Shown here in pieces: positions 25,235 to 39,900 of a stretch of 64,000 nt of DNA. Source of the stretch: Octopus sinensis. Its lineage: Eukaryota. Numbering within the stretch: position 1 is the first letter of the stretch; the number at the start of each line of letters is the position of its first letter. A model generated the notes under the pieces. The model searched no databases, was not told the DNA's origin, and saw only the letters and a program-made list of their open reading frames with translations. The stretch covers positions 17,360,001 through 17,424,000 of the forward strand of contig NC_043005.1 of assembly GCF_006345805.1 (NCBI RefSeq), in the 5' to 3' direction. The position numbers were made by a program, and so were the translations under genes.

Positions 25235-25654
25235 TGGCCAGAATCACGCCGGACGCGGAGGAGGAGAGAAAATAGTAATTCAGTTAAGAAGTAGTGGGAG
25301 TATTAGTCGTGACTGAGAGGGAGTGAGAGGGAAGTAATAGCAATGAGAGAAAGGAAGGGGTGATAGATGAATAGATGAATAAGGAAGGAAGGAGTGAAAA
25401 AAGTCAGAGTTTCAACTCTGTGTGAGTATACGTGTGTGTATGTGTGCGCGTTTACAAGGGAAGTATGTGAATATTTGTGTGCCTGATTGTGTACCGTATT
25501 TTGTACCTTACTTATATATAATGCTACAATTAGCCGTCATTATTGACGGTACGTGGTCAGCTAGTATATTTAGACACGATGGGAGTGAATTAGCTGACGT
25601 CCTCACCTCTGGACTCCTCCGTAAACTACATCATAAGAACTGAGCAGAATAGGA

Positions 25655-25853
25655 ATAGATACTCTTTACTCTTTTACTTGTTTCAGTCATTTGACTGCGG
25701 CCATGCTGGAGAACCGCATTTTAGTCGAGCAAATCGACCCCAGGACTTATTCTTTGTAAGCCTAGTACTTATTCTATCGATCTCTTATTGCCGAACCGCT
25801 AAGTTACGGGGACGTAAACACACCAGCATCGGTTGTCAAGCGATGTTGGGGGA

Positions 25854-25899
<46 letters not shown>

Positions 25900-26065
25900 C
25901 ATATATACGACGGGCTTCTTTCAGTTTCCGTCTACCAAATCCACTCACAAGGCTTGGTCGGCCCGAGGCTATAGTAGAAGACACTTGCCCAAGGTTCCAT
26001 GCAGTGGGACTGAACCCGGGACCATGTGGTTGGTAAGCAAGCTACTTACCACACAGCCACTCCTA
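25655..26065 (-). mobile_element. SINE family A
   Basis: Full-length homology. Confidence 0.85.
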
Positions 26066-26663
26066 ATGGTTCGTAATCATATTAATTGGCCTACAGCTGT
26101 CTCCACTATAAGGATACTGTACACTCTAAGATAAGTGACAGCATGACATCTTATAGCTTCATGACACTGTCACTTAACCCTTAGCGTTCAGTTCCTTGTA
26201 ACGGAAACAGCTGTAAACCTATGCATGTGATTACACAACTCATGTTCTTTTGTCATCACTTTACTTATGCGCACGCATGCATGTACACACACACCACACA
26301 TACGAATGCGTGTTTGTATGTATATATATATATGAGAGTGTATGTATGTTAATATGTGTGTGTATATAATTATATATAAATATATATACATATATAATTA
26401 TATATATAAATATGTATATAATTATATTAATATATATATATAATCATAAATATAAGTATATATAAATTTATATATAAATATGAATATAAAATATACACAC
26501 ACACATATATATATATATACATACAATACATACATATATATAAATATGTATACATACATACATATATATATACTATATATATATATATACACCAATATAT
26601 ATATGTATATATGTATATAAATATATATATATATATATATATTCACATATACATACATACATG

Positions 26664-26701
<38 letters not shown>

Positions 26702-27114
26702 ATATGTATATATATATATTCACATACAAAAACGCACATAGGCGCAATGACTGTAACAAGAGATAAAAGAGAATACACAACTGTGATGAAATAAAACAAC
26801 ATAAGAAATATCTTTCCATATTTTTCTATGGCTTTCTATGTAAAACGTAAAACATTTTGTACATTAAGCATTCCATGTAATTGTCATCTCTGCTGTATAT
26901 AATAATGCCACTGCTATTGTACATATGGATATTGATGCTGCATATAATAATGCTGTAACTATATTATAACACTGCAACTATTCATAACTGATTGTCCACT
27001 TACATGTTACAGCACTCGAATGACTTTATCGAATGACTGCTACTATATATAAAACAGCACTGCCACGTTGTATAAGGGTACCATGAGTGCATTGAATGAC
27101 ACTACTGCTATATA

Positions 27115-27897
27115 TAGGATTGGCCAAAAGTTACCTGACTGTAAATCAAAGCCATTTAATTCCAAGATTTATTTATGTTTAACAACTGAATGGATTTAAA
27201 GGCATCTAAATATGGAACATGAAAATTGTTCAAACTGAAGTCCTTGAACGACACCTTTCCCCATTCGAGTCAATACAGAATTACAGATAGCATTGGGTTG
27301 TCCGGAAAGTTCGTGCCGATTTTTAAAGGAAAGAAAAAGGTCAATAAATACCTGCCATTACATTTTTAATCAACCAAATATGAACCATTTCGTTGCACAA
27401 TCCGTCTCTTTAACTTGAAAATGCCCTCTTCCCAGAATTGAGGTCGTTTCATGGCAAAGAATTCATCAAGGTATCTTTTTACGTCATCCAAGGAATTGAA
27501 ATTTTTACCATTAAGACTATTCTGCAGAGACCTGAATAATTGGAAATCCAAAGGAGCAATATCTGGTGAATATGGAGGGTGGGGTGACACATCCCAGCCG
27601 AGCTGCAGCAATTTTTGTCTGGTTCCCAAAGCATCAAGTGCCGAAAATGAACTTTCTTATCTTCCATTTTAAAGGGTTACAGAATTAACACAGGTTATAG
27701 GAACATAAACCTTCTTCCACGAAAAGATAGCTTAAACTGTGCTCTAAATGGAGGTGTAATCAAATCCTATTTTATGAACTCAACCACGTTCTAAAATAAG
27801 TCGAAAGGTAAGCTACTATAAATCGGCACGAACTTTCCGGACAACCCAATATTTATGGAATTTTGATTCACTGTTGGGTGACTTTTGGCCAACCCTG
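27115..27897. mobile_element. Tc1/mariner-type MITE hosting a nested mariner
   Basis: Imperfect TIRs TAGGATTGGCCAAAAGTTACCT / GGGTGACTTTTGGCCAACCCTG with TA flanks. Confidence 0.65.
27293..27849 (-). mobile_element. Internally deleted mariner, same family as 4204-4637
   Basis: Identical TIRs; ORF LLQLGWDVSPHPPYSPDIAPLDFQLFRSLQNSLNGKNF...FWEEGI. Confidence 0.9.
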
Positions 27898-28049
27898 TAT
27901 GTTTCTGTCTGCAATAGGCACAAGGCCCGATGTTTAGGGGACAGGCTAGTATATTACATCGACCCCGGTGCGGAACTGGTACTTACTTCATAGACACCCC
28001 ACTCTCGAAACGAATGAAATTTGGTAAGACGAGGCTAGTCGATTACATA

Positions 28050-28615
28050 GTTCAAATTCCGCCGAGCTCGACTTTGCCTTTCATCCTTTCGGGGTCGATA
28101 AATTAAGTACCAGTTACGCACTGGGGTCGATATAATCGACTTAATTCGTCTGTCTGTCCTTGTTTCTCTCCTCTGTGTTTAGCCCCCTTGTAGGTAGTAA
28201 AGAAATAGGTATTTCGTCTGCCGCTACGTTCTGAGTTCAAATTCCGCCGAGGTCGACTTTGCCTTTCATCCTTTCGGGGTCGATTAAATAAGTACCAGTT
28301 ACGCACTGGGGTCGATGTAATCGACTTAATCTCTTTGTCTGTCCTTGTTTATCCCCTCTATGTTTATCCCCTTGTGAGCAATAAAGAAATAAGAAAGGTT
28401 AACACGGCGGGCGAAATGCTTAGTGGTATTTCGTCTGCCGTTATGTTCTGAGTTCTAATTCCCCTGAGGTCGGCTTTGCCTTTCATCATTTCGGGGTCGA
28501 TAAATTAAGTACTAGTTACGCACTGGGGTCGATATAATCAACTTAATCCCTTTGTCTGTCCTTGTTTGTCCCCTCTATGTTTAGCCCCTTGTGGGTAGTA
28601 AAATAATAAGATTGT
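28050..28615 (+). mobile_element. Tandem trimer of SINE B bodies
   Basis: Three head-to-tail units; first junction AAAGAAATAG|GTATTTCG. Confidence 0.85.
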
Positions 28616-29211
28616 CGGATTCGTCCTACATGCGACAATACATGTCCGATATAACTCAACTAGGCAGCAATGCTCGGACAACGCACGTTTGTGTGCATAC
28701 AGTTTTCTGTGTCATGCCAAAAAATGACCTAATATATTACAGCTTACGAGGACTGCGAGCTGGCTGAACAGTTAGCACGCCGGGCAAAATGAATAGCAGC
28801 ATTTTGTCCATCTCTAAGTTCTGAGTTCAAATTCCACCGTGGTCGATTTTACCTTTTATCCTTTCTGGGTCGATAAAATAAGTACCAGTTGAACACTGGA
28901 GTCGATGATATTGAATTAACACCTTTTTCCGAAATTGCTAGCTTTGTGCCAAAATCAAAACCCAATATATTACTGCTTATTGACAGCCAACTCGCACAAT
29001 GAAAGTCAATGTGGGACAGTATTTGGAAGTACACTTGTAGCATTAATAATTCTTGATATTTTAATTAGACATGAGTCAAGCACACGCCCTTTTCTCATTA
29101 ATTAGACTTCACTTCAATTTATAGCATTTATAGAAATTGTTTACGCTTCAGTTAATACACATTCTGGAATTATTTTGTTGAGCCGAACGGATTACGATTA
29201 TTAATATTTAC

Positions 29212-29735
<524 letters not shown>

Positions 29736-30008
29736 TTATACGTACCCACACCATACCCTCACTGTTTTTGGAGCAGAACAGAACAGAAGCAAGTACAAGC
29801 AATAAATAACTACAATATAAACATAAAAATACACAAATTGAACTTGTACAAAAATATACTTATATGCCTTTATACAAAGTATTTACTCTCTCTCTCTCTC
29901 CCTTGCTCTCTCTCTCTCTCTCTCACTGCTACCTCGCTTGATCTCCCCTTATCGGTAAGTTTCTCCTTTTTCATACGTACTCTCCCGCGTCAAAGGAATC
30001 TTCTATAT

Positions 30009-30363
30009 CATATGTTCTCAAAGTGGGTGCTACCGCCCCCCCCCCCCGATGAGCATTGAGAGAGTCCAAGTGGGCAGTGGTGCCTATGAGGGTGGTGGTG
30101 GTGGTGGTGGTGGGATGCTAGAGAAAACGGAGGCATGGGGAGGAAGGCAGGGGATTGGGGGATGCTATGAATTTATTATAATATTATTATAGTATTGTAT
30201 ACAAATTATATACCATATTAAATATCAAATGAATTATAGTTTTCAATATATATAAATTAGTAAAATAGAAAATATTTCTTTAAGCATAAAAATAGGGGTG
30301 AGAGCGCTGAGGGTATTATGCAGCCATGTAGTGGGCAGTGGCCTAAAATTTTGAGAACCTCTG
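30009..30363. mobile_element. hAT (Charlie-like) MITE
   Basis: Ends CATATGTTCTCAAA / TTTGAGAACCTCTG; perfect 8-bp TSD TTCTATAT (30001-30008 and 30364-30371). Confidence 0.8.
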
Positions 30364-30743
30364 TTCTATATGATCGCTCGATCTGCCAGAAACAGCAGCC
30401 AGCAAGCCATCCCTCACCCACGGCCACCACTATGTATCACATCATACTGACCAATACTCTGTTGATCATAGGACTGCTCGGCTTAGGAGAACCTTGAGTT
30501 AGCAACCATTTACAAACGAACCAATGAGGTAATCTCGAACTTCTAGAAGTCCATATGGCCCCTGAGGACCCATATAAGAGTTTTTGGGGGTCTATGTAAC
30601 AAAATAGTAAATTAGGGGTCCACAATAGAATTTGAAGGGATCCTGAAAAAAATGTGTCTTAAATGTGTGTATTGGTATGTATTGCAAGAAGCAGGCAGGT
30701 TTCTTTCAGTAACATTTTACATAGTTCAATCTACACAAGTTAA

Positions 30744-30982
30744 ACCATTCGTGCCGAAATTTTTCTAGCGAATGAAATTGCCTGAAAATTCACAGATACT
30801 ATTATTTTGACCTAAATAACAACTTTCATTGAAATCCGTTTGATACAGACTACATACGCGTTAAGAACATGTTTCATTCTGTGGTACAGATCATACATAA
30901 ATCGCAATTTGCATCAAGTATTTGTTTTATACACTTGTAAATGAAGTGTCACTTTAAACGGACGATCGGCATCATGAATGGG
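30744..30982. mobile_element. piggyBac-type MITE
   Basis: TTAA on both flanks; imperfect TIRs ACCATTCGTGCCGA / TCGGCATCATGAATGGG. Confidence 0.55.
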
Positions 30983-31124
30983 TTAATGTGTGAAAAACAA
31001 AATAGAAATTTTAAAAGACGTTTTTATAAAACTAGTTTTGAAACATCGAATGGCTATGACGGGGGGAGGTCCACAAGAATAAAATAATAATAAAATAATT
31101 GGTAAAAAATGGTCGAGAACCCCT

Positions 31125-31545
31125 TACTTCTTTATTGCCCACAAGGAGCTAAACGTAGAAGAGACAAACAAGGACAGACAAAGGGATTAAGTCGATTACA
31201 TCGACCCCAGTGCATAACTGGTACTTAATTTATCGACCCCGAAAGGATGAAAGGCAAAGTCGACCTCGGCGGAATTTGAACTCAGAACGTAAGCTCTGAG
31301 ACGGAACAAATACCTATTTCTTTACTACCCACAAAGGGCTAAACACAGAGAGGACAAGCAAGGACAGACAAACGGATTAAGTCGATTATATCGACCCCAG
31401 TGCGTAACTGGTACTTATTTAATCGACCCCGAAAGGATGAAAGGCAAAGTCGACCTCGGCGGGATTTTTGAACTCAGAACGTAACGGCAGACGAAATACC
31501 GCTAAGCATTTCGCCCGGCGTGCTAACGTTTCTGCCAGCTCGCTG
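31125..31545 (-). mobile_element. SINE B dimer (a second, degenerate dimer at ~31920-32270)
   Basis: Reverse-complement units with the same junction as the other multimers. Confidence 0.85.
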
Positions 31546-33635
31546 CCTTAGTCGAGAACTTCTACTCTAGACGCTCTTCCGACATGCAAGAAGCAATTAC
31601 AAATTCAACCTCAACTCCTTCCTCTTCTTCCTCCCCCTCCTAAAAATAAAATAAGAAAAACTTCCCGCCCAATAGTGATGAATTCAAATTTAAAGCCAGT
31701 ATCCCGGAAAGGTCACAAATAGAATGCTGGAAGATAAGAACGAAGTCAGATAAAATTCACAAATCAATGCCACGTTTGCAAAAGCCACAAATCAGCACAA
31801 AACATACTATAAAATCGTTAGAAATGAGAATTCCTGTACAATGTGCCAGACATACTTTGCTTGTTTGGCTTAGTTGCAGTGACTGTTATGTACATTAAAA
31901 GTATCATATATTTATGCCTTTATTGCCCACAGAGGGCTAAACATAGAGGACAGACATAGAGATTAAGTCGATTACATCGACACCTGTGCGAAAGGATGAA
32001 AGGCATAGTCGAACTCGGCGGAATTTGAACTCAGAACGTAAGTTCTGAGACGGAACAAATACCTATTTCTTTACTACCCACAAGGGGCTAAACACAGAGA
32101 GGACAAACAAGGACAGGCAAACGGATTAAGTCGATTATAGCGACCCCATTGCGTAACTGGTACTTATTTAATCGACCCCGAAAGGATGAAAGGCAAAGTC
32201 GACCTCGGCGGAATTTGAACTCGGAACGTAACGGCAGACGAAATACGGCTACGCATTTCACACGGCGTGTTCGCCAGTATACAATATTGTACATTTACTT
32301 GGTTGTTCTCTCATCACTACATCGACAAGTACGGTGACGACTGTGCTCCACTGATGAAATCATAAGACCGAAACATGACCGGAGTTGTCTCCCGTATTTA
32401 CCGAAATAAGTAAAATAATATTAGACATTGGGAACCTTTAAGTGGTCTGCTAGAAATAGCATCCGAATCTCTTAAAAAATTATACTCCGTCATGTTCAAA
32501 ACGAAGGCAATGTTGGACAATGAAGTTCTAATATTTATTCGTATAATATATTCCTGGATATTCTGTTTTATCAGATATTTCTAATGTTCACTTTGCGACC
32601 GATTTTAGGCTACAATTTAAAGGAATTTCCAGGTCTGCCTCTGCCGGCATCAACCAGATTTGCTCTACAAGTATTTCAAATTTTGCATTCTTAGCAATAA
32701 GTGAAGTTGTGAGCGTGATAATTATGCTGTTGTAATGGTTTATTAAGTTATTACTCGTTATTTTAATGGATCTTTAATAAATTCCATAGGATTTCAAAAC
32801 GGTTTTTAAATTACTTCAGATGGGGAAGTGAGAGGGAGAAAAAGAGAGAAAGATAGATAGATAGATAGATAGCGGGAAAGCGGGAGAGAAAGAGAACGAG
32901 AGGAAGAAAGAGAGTGAATGATGCTTGAGCGAACATAATGTGTGTGTATGTGTGTGCGTGTATGTACATTGACTTCACCAAGGCATAACTTCACCAAGGC
33001 TTACTAACTTACTAACTAGCTGATATCTAACACGATGATTCTAATGTCATTAAAATCATGTGTACTACTGCAGCTAATAATGAAATTATAAACTTCCATC
33101 TAAATCTAATTAAATATAAGATGGTGAATAAAAACAACAACAACAACAACCAAAAACAACATAAATGAAGCAACAAAAGAAACAAATTATGCACATATAT
33201 ACTTGTGTGCCATGCGCTTGTGTGTGTATATGCATATTGTATGTATGTATGTATGTATGTATGTACGTATGTATGTATGTATGTATGTATGTATACAAGG
33301 AGTGAGAGAGTGATCAAACGAAAGAAAATAGCTCTCCATATATTTAGCTGGGCTTACGTGTATTTAATAACAGAGTCTGTCTCCGAGGTCGACGCGTTCA
33401 ACTCGCACAAACTTCTAAGTAGAGTCCACGCGAACTCTTATCTTATATATATATGTATATATATAACAACCGAGGAATAATTATAATCCAGGCAAGTCAC
33501 CTTGTCAGCACTTTATGTAGGAATCTGGTTAGTGCGGTAGTCAGTTAACTGAATAAACTCTCATAGATTAGAAAGGGGAACACTTTGCAAATCCAGGACA
33601 TAATTCAAGAGGCACAATATGTGCTTAACAGAGTG

Positions 33636-33691
<56 letters not shown>

Positions 33692-33693
<2 letters not shown>

Positions 33694-34228
33694 GCCCTGA
33701 TGCAGTACCAGGCAGTGGCTCTCATGGCTTCTGATCTTAACTGATTGGAAGTGTTATCATGTACATTGTTTTGTTTTGGTATAAAAGATGAGCTACAGCA
33801 AATATTCTGCTCAATACCACAGATTTGCTTGTCAGTTGTTTGACCGTAACCAGTTGAGCATGTCCCTTAGTGGCTGACGATATGTGCATCTCTGATCACG
33901 AACAGAAGTAGTGGGGGAGCATCATAGCCATGTGTTGAGAGGGATTCTTTGGAGTTTGAATAATTCACCTCTGGAAACATGGGTGGTTCTTTCAACATCC
34001 TTAAACAACCCTTATTCAGGGACCTTTTGAGCGGGATGGGCTACTCAACCTGAAGAAAATTCTAACTGGGCCCCACCTGCAAGGTCATGTGCTGTTTATC
34101 TTGATATGAGATCACCATGTCGCGCACATATGGTTGTGATGCATGTGCCTGGTGTACCCTTATCAGACGGGCTTCGTATATTTTACCCCAGTGTCACTTT
34201 GATGGCATGCACTGCTCTCTCACTCAAT
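33692..34228. mobile_element. ~535-bp non-coding element embedded in (AAT)n; partial second copy at ~34903-35135
   Basis: Two homologous copies, each adjacent to AAT runs; no ORF. Confidence 0.6.
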
Positions 34229-34315
34229 AATAATAATAATAATAATAATAAAATAATAATAATAATAAAATAATAATAATAATAATGATAATGATGATGA
34301 TAATAATAATAATAA

Positions 34316-34678
34316 TCATGCAGGATCATAGATATAGCATGCCCAGCTGACAATAAAGTATGCGATAAGGAAGAAAGAAAAGTCGATAGATGTGATGTGA
34401 CAGGTTAGGTTGGGAGGTTAAGCAGTTGTGGTCGATGCAAAAAGGTGGTAGTAGTACCAGTAATTATCGGAGCTCTGGGAACAGTGAGTAAAAATCTTGA
34501 GAAGTACATGGAACAAATGGGGGCTGCAATAAGGGTGGAGCACAAGCAGAAAACAGCACTGCTTGGAACCGCTTGAATATTCCGAAGGGTGCTCGAAAAA
34601 TAAGGTGTTACCTTAGTTCACTGATAGTGAACAGCTGACACCGTAGAACATCTCCAGCATTAGAAGCTGTGCAAAGCA
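34316..34678 (+). pseudogene. R4/Dong-like retrotransposon 3' end (restriction-like endonuclease) in (AAT)n
   Basis: IIDIACPADNKV..KEE.K, VVPVIIGALGTVSKNL, QKTALLGTA..RRVLEK-stop, then 3' UTR and (AAT)n. Confidence 0.8.
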
Positions 34679-34681
34679 ATG

Positions 34682-34749
<68 letters not shown>

Positions 34750-35694
34750 TATAATAATAATTATAATAATAATAATAATAATATATCACAGCATCACAAC
34801 AAATCACAGCACATACCCAAGGCACACAGAGCTGCGCTCGGTAGTGAAGTGAAAGCACGTTATAAAATTAAAACTACTGAATGATAATAATAACAATAAT
34901 AACTGCCCTGAGGCAATACCAAGCAACCTGCTCTGATGCGATGCAAGGTATTGGCTCTCATGGCTTCTGATCTTAATTGATTGGAGGTGTTATCATGTAC
35001 GTTTTGTTTTGGTATAAAAGATGGGCTACAACAAATATTTTGCTCAGTACTACAGATTTGCTTGTCTGTTGTTTGACCGTAACCAGTTGAGTATATCCCT
35101 TAGTGGCTGACGATATGTGCGTCTCTGATCACGAGCATAGCCATGTGGATCCCCGTGACCTAGCAGTTCGGCAAAAGTGGCCGATAGAATAAGTACTAGG
35201 CTTGCAAAGAATAAGTCCTGGGGTCGATTTGCTCGACTAAAGGCGTTGATCCAGCATGGTCTCAGTCAAATGCCTGAAGCAAGTCAAAGAGAGTAAAGAG
35301 AGAGTATCTCTCTCTCTTTAATCTTCCACTTTTACAAGGACCAATGTAGCCAACATGTTCAATTCTTCCGCATCAGAGTATCAAACATTTGGAAATCCCT
35401 TCTAGCATACAATTTTCCTGTACGTGCCTTTTTTAGAGATGTTTAAACATAACGCTATCACCAGTCTTGTAGGGCCTGCAAAGATCACAGCTACAGCCTT
35501 TGGCACCCAACAAAACTCTAAAAAAAAGAGTAGGCTAAGTTACCGTATTTACTCGTGTACAAGTTGCACTATTCTATACTTTGATTTTAACTGAGAAAAA
35601 AAAAAAAAAAACTGGGGTGGGGGTGCATCTTGTACATAGAGCAAAATTTTGTATCAAAATGTTATCACTAAATTAAAGGTGCGACTTATTTTGG

Positions 35695-36090
35695 AGAGCT
35701 GGCAGAAACGTTACCACGCTGGGTGAAATGCGTAGCCGTATTTCGTCTGCCGTTACGTTCTGAGTTCAAATTTGCCTTTCATTCTTTCGGGGTCGATTAA
35801 ATAAGTACCAGTTTCGCATTAGGGGTTGATGTAATCGACTTAATCCGTTTTTCTGTCCTTGTTTGTCCCCTCTGTGTTTAGCCCCTTGTGGGTAGTAAAG
35901 AAATAGGTATTTCGTCTGCCGCTACGTTCTGAGTTCAAATTGCACCGAGGTCGACTTTGCCTTTCATTCTTTCGGGGTCGATTAAATAAGTACCAGTTAC
36001 GCACTGGGGTCGATGTAATCGACTTTATCTCTTTGTCTGTCCTTGTTTGTCCTCTCTGTGTTTGGCCTCTTGTGGGTAGTAAAGAAATAG
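35695..36090 (+). mobile_element. SINE B dimer
   Basis: Two bodies with the AAAGAAATAG|GTATTTCG junction. Confidence 0.85.
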
Positions 36091-36754
36091 GTATATTACT
36101 TATATTACAGTAGAGTCTCAACTCAGGTATTAGAATACCAACATTACCGACCAAACTGTAAATAGTTCTTACCAGAATAACCATTATTGCGCTGTCCCAG
36201 TAAAGAATCCATAGTTTTTAACAGTTAGATTTATTTGTATGTAGAAGACATGATTGTCAGAACATGTCAAAAACAGCCTCTTCACCACCCTTCAAAATAT
36301 ACGACTCCAGTGACTGAGAGTAATTGTTTCTGATAGATATAATTATTGGCGCCTATTTGTCTACGATATTGCGCGTCAATGTAGTGATTCTCTTATCACT
36401 AATGCTGCAAGAAGGAAGAACGTTATATTTTACTGACGATATCAACGTAGACTGAAACAGATTCGGAGTTGTCAGCCGTACTTGACAAAATCAGATTAAA
36501 ACCGCATTAGTCACCAAGTTAAAAATTTCTTCTCTTGACCGCATAAATATTAATTTGAATGTTTTTTTCTTTCTTCACTGCATTATGATGGCATACATTT
36601 GACTTCTGTTCCTAATATTTATTTATATATATATATAAATATATACGATTCAATTCGATGCTGCTGCCGCATTATGTCGTACGGGAACGAGAAGATTTGC
36701 ATCCCCAACCAAGAATTTCGGAAGTAACACATGTCCTTGTGGAAGCTGTTGTGC

Positions 36755-36830
36755 GCGGCTGAAGAAGGCACAGACATACATTATGATTTGTTATGAATCT
36801 GTAATAAAAGGCCCGAAACATATGTACCGC
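36755..36830 (+). ncRNA. Type I minimal hammerhead motif
   Basis: GCGG-CTGAAGA-AGGC(ACAGA...TCTGT)...GCCC-GAAAC-ATAT-GTA-CCGC; A.C mismatch at the base of stem II. Confidence 0.6.
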
Positions 36831-36944
36831 TGAATCCTTCGCCTCATGTTTTTATTTTTATTTTTATTTTGATCAATTTACTCCACCACCTACACCACCA
36901 AACGGTATACACAGGTGCTTATAATTATCAAGTACTCACCCCGA

Positions 36945-36973
<29 letters not shown>

Positions 36974-36975
<2 letters not shown>

Positions 36976-39900
36976 TCACAATCAAGGAACGGCCATAATA
37001 GGCCATTCACCCACTAGAAATAACAGCCAAAAAGCTTCAACCGCAAAATAACATTAATTCCGTAAACCAGGAGAAAATTAAAAAACATTACCCTGAAATT
37101 CCTTATACGATGCACCGTTTCTTCTACTGTTTAATGGTAAACTAACCTGATTAAATTAAATCAAGCCAATCTACCATAGGCCTTAGATTCATCAGTAAGG
37201 AATAGCCAAATCGGAACAGATATTTTTCACGAGGCATTCTCGTCCATGCCTCGCCAATATCTGACCTAAAATTTTCAAATCGTCGCACTCGCGCCAAATT
37301 TATCGGCAGCAAATAAATATAAGCCGCCGATTCCATTACGGAACAACCAGAAAATTCATAATTAATCAATATAGGAGGCAAAAAAATTTTGTAGAATTCA
37401 TTTGCCCCCAGCGGCCTAGTGGGAAAAAATTAAATAGTCATAAACCATTTTTAAGTTCAATATCACAATCAAGGAACGGCCATAATAGGCCATTCACCCA
37501 CTAGAAATAACAGCCAAAAAGCTTACCGCAAAAATAACATAATTCCGTAAACCAGGAGAAAATTAAAAAACATTACCCTGAAATTCCTTATACGATGCAC
37601 CGTTTCTTCTACTGTTTAATGGTAAACTAACCTGATTAAATTAAATCAAGCCAATTCTACCATAGGCCCTTAGATTCATCAGTAAGGAATAGCCAAATCG
37701 GAACAGATATTTTTCACGAGGCATTCTCGTCCATGCCTCGCCAATATCTGACCTAAAATTTTCAAATCGTCGCACTCGCGCCAAATTTATCGGCAGCAAA
37801 TAATATAAGCCGCCGATTCCATTACGGAACCAACCAGAAAATTCATAATTAATCAATATAGGGAGGCAAAAAAATTTTGTAGAATTCATTTGCCCCCAGC
37901 GGCCTAGTGGGAAAAAATTAAATAGTTCTAAACCATTTTTAAGTTCAATATCACAATCAAGGAACGGCCATAATAGGCCATTCACCACTAGAAATAACAG
38001 CCAAAAAGCTTCAACCGCAAAATAACATTAATTCCGTAAACCAGGAGAAAATTAAAAAACATTTACCCTGAAATTCCTTATACGATGCACCGTTTCTTCT
38101 ACTGTTTAATGGTAAACTAACCTGATTAAATTAAATCAAGCCAATCTACCATAGGCCCTTAGATTCATCAGTAAGGAATAGCCAAATCGGAACAGATATT
38201 TTTCACGAGGCATTCTCGTCCATGCCTCGCCAATATCTGACCTAAAATTTTCAAATCGTCGCACTCGCGCCAAATTTATCGGCAGCAAATAAATATAAGC
38301 CGCCGATTCCATTACGGAACCAACCAGAAAATTCATAATAATCAATATAGGGAGGCAAAAAAATTTTGTAGAATTCATTTGCCCCCAGCGGCCTAGTGGG
38401 AAAAAATTAAATAGTCATAAACCATTTTTAAGTTCAATATCACAATCAAGGAACGGCCATAATAGGCCATTCACCCACTAGAAATAACAGCCAAAAAGCT
38501 TCAACCGCAAAATAACATTAATTCCGTAAACCAGGAGAAAATTAAAAAACATTTACCCTGAAATTCCTATACGATGCACCGTTTCTTCTACTGTTTAATG
38601 GTAAACTAACCTGATTAAATTAAATCAAGCCAATCTACCATAGGCCTTAGATTCATCAGTAAGGAATAGCCAAATCGGAACAGATATTTTTCACGAGGCA
38701 TTCTCGTCCATGCCTCGCCAATATCTGACCTAAAATTTTCAAATCGTCGCACTCGCGCCAAATTTATCGGCAGCAAATAAATATAAGCCGCCGATTCCAT
38801 TACGGAACCAACCAGAAAATTCATAATTAATCAATATAGGGAGCAAAAAAATTTTGTAGATTCATTTGCCCCCAGCGGCTAGTGGGAAAAAATTAAATAG
38901 TCATAAACCATTTTTAAGTTCAATATCACAATCAAGGAACGGCCATAATAGGCATTCCCCACTAGAAATAACAGCCAAAAAGCTTCAACCGCAAAATAAC
39001 ATTAATTCCGTAAACCAGGAGAAAATTAAAAAACATTTACCCTGAAATTCCTTATACGATGCACCGTTTCTTCTACTGTTTAATGGTAAACTAACCTGAT
39101 TAAATTAAATCAAGCCAATCTACCATAGGCCCTTAGATTCATCAGTAAGGAATAGCCAAATCGGAACAGATATTTTTCACGAGGCATTCTCGTCCATGCC
39201 TCGCCAATATCTGACCTAAAATTTTCAAATCGTCGCACTCGCGCCAAATTATCGGCAGCAAATAAATATAAGCCGCCGATTCCATTACGGAACCAACCAG
39301 AAAATTCATAATTAATCAATATAGGGAGGCAAAAAAATTTTGTAGAATTCATTTGCCCCCAGCGGCCTAGTGGGAAAAAATTAAATAGTCATAAACCATT
39401 TTTAAGTTCAATATCACAATCAAGGAACGGCCATAATAGGCATTCACCCACTAGAAATAACAGCCAAAAAGCTTCAACCGCAAAATAACATTAATTCCGT
39501 AAACCAGGAGAAAATTAAAAAAAATTTACCCTGAAATCCTTATACGATGCACCGTTTCTTCTACTGTTTAATGGTAAACTAACCTGATTAAATTAAATCA
39601 AGCCAATCTACCATAGGCCCTTAGATTCATCAGTAAGGAATAGCCAAATCGGAACAGATATTTTTCACGAGGCATTCTCGTCCATGCCTCGCCAATATCT
39701 GACCTAAAATTTTCAAATCGTCGCACTCGCGCCAAATTTATCGGCAGCAAATAAATATAAGCCGCCGATTCCATTACGGAACCAACCAGAAAATTCATAA
39801 TTAATCATATAGGGAGGCAAAAAAATTTTGTAGAATTATTTGCCCCCAGCGGCCTAGTGGGAAAAAATTAAATAGTCATAAACCATTTTTAAGTTCAATA

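Noticed and set aside
35553-35695. Possible pogo/Tc2-type MITE end (TACCGTATTTACTCGTG)
   Set aside because: Only one terminus visible; no matching TIR found
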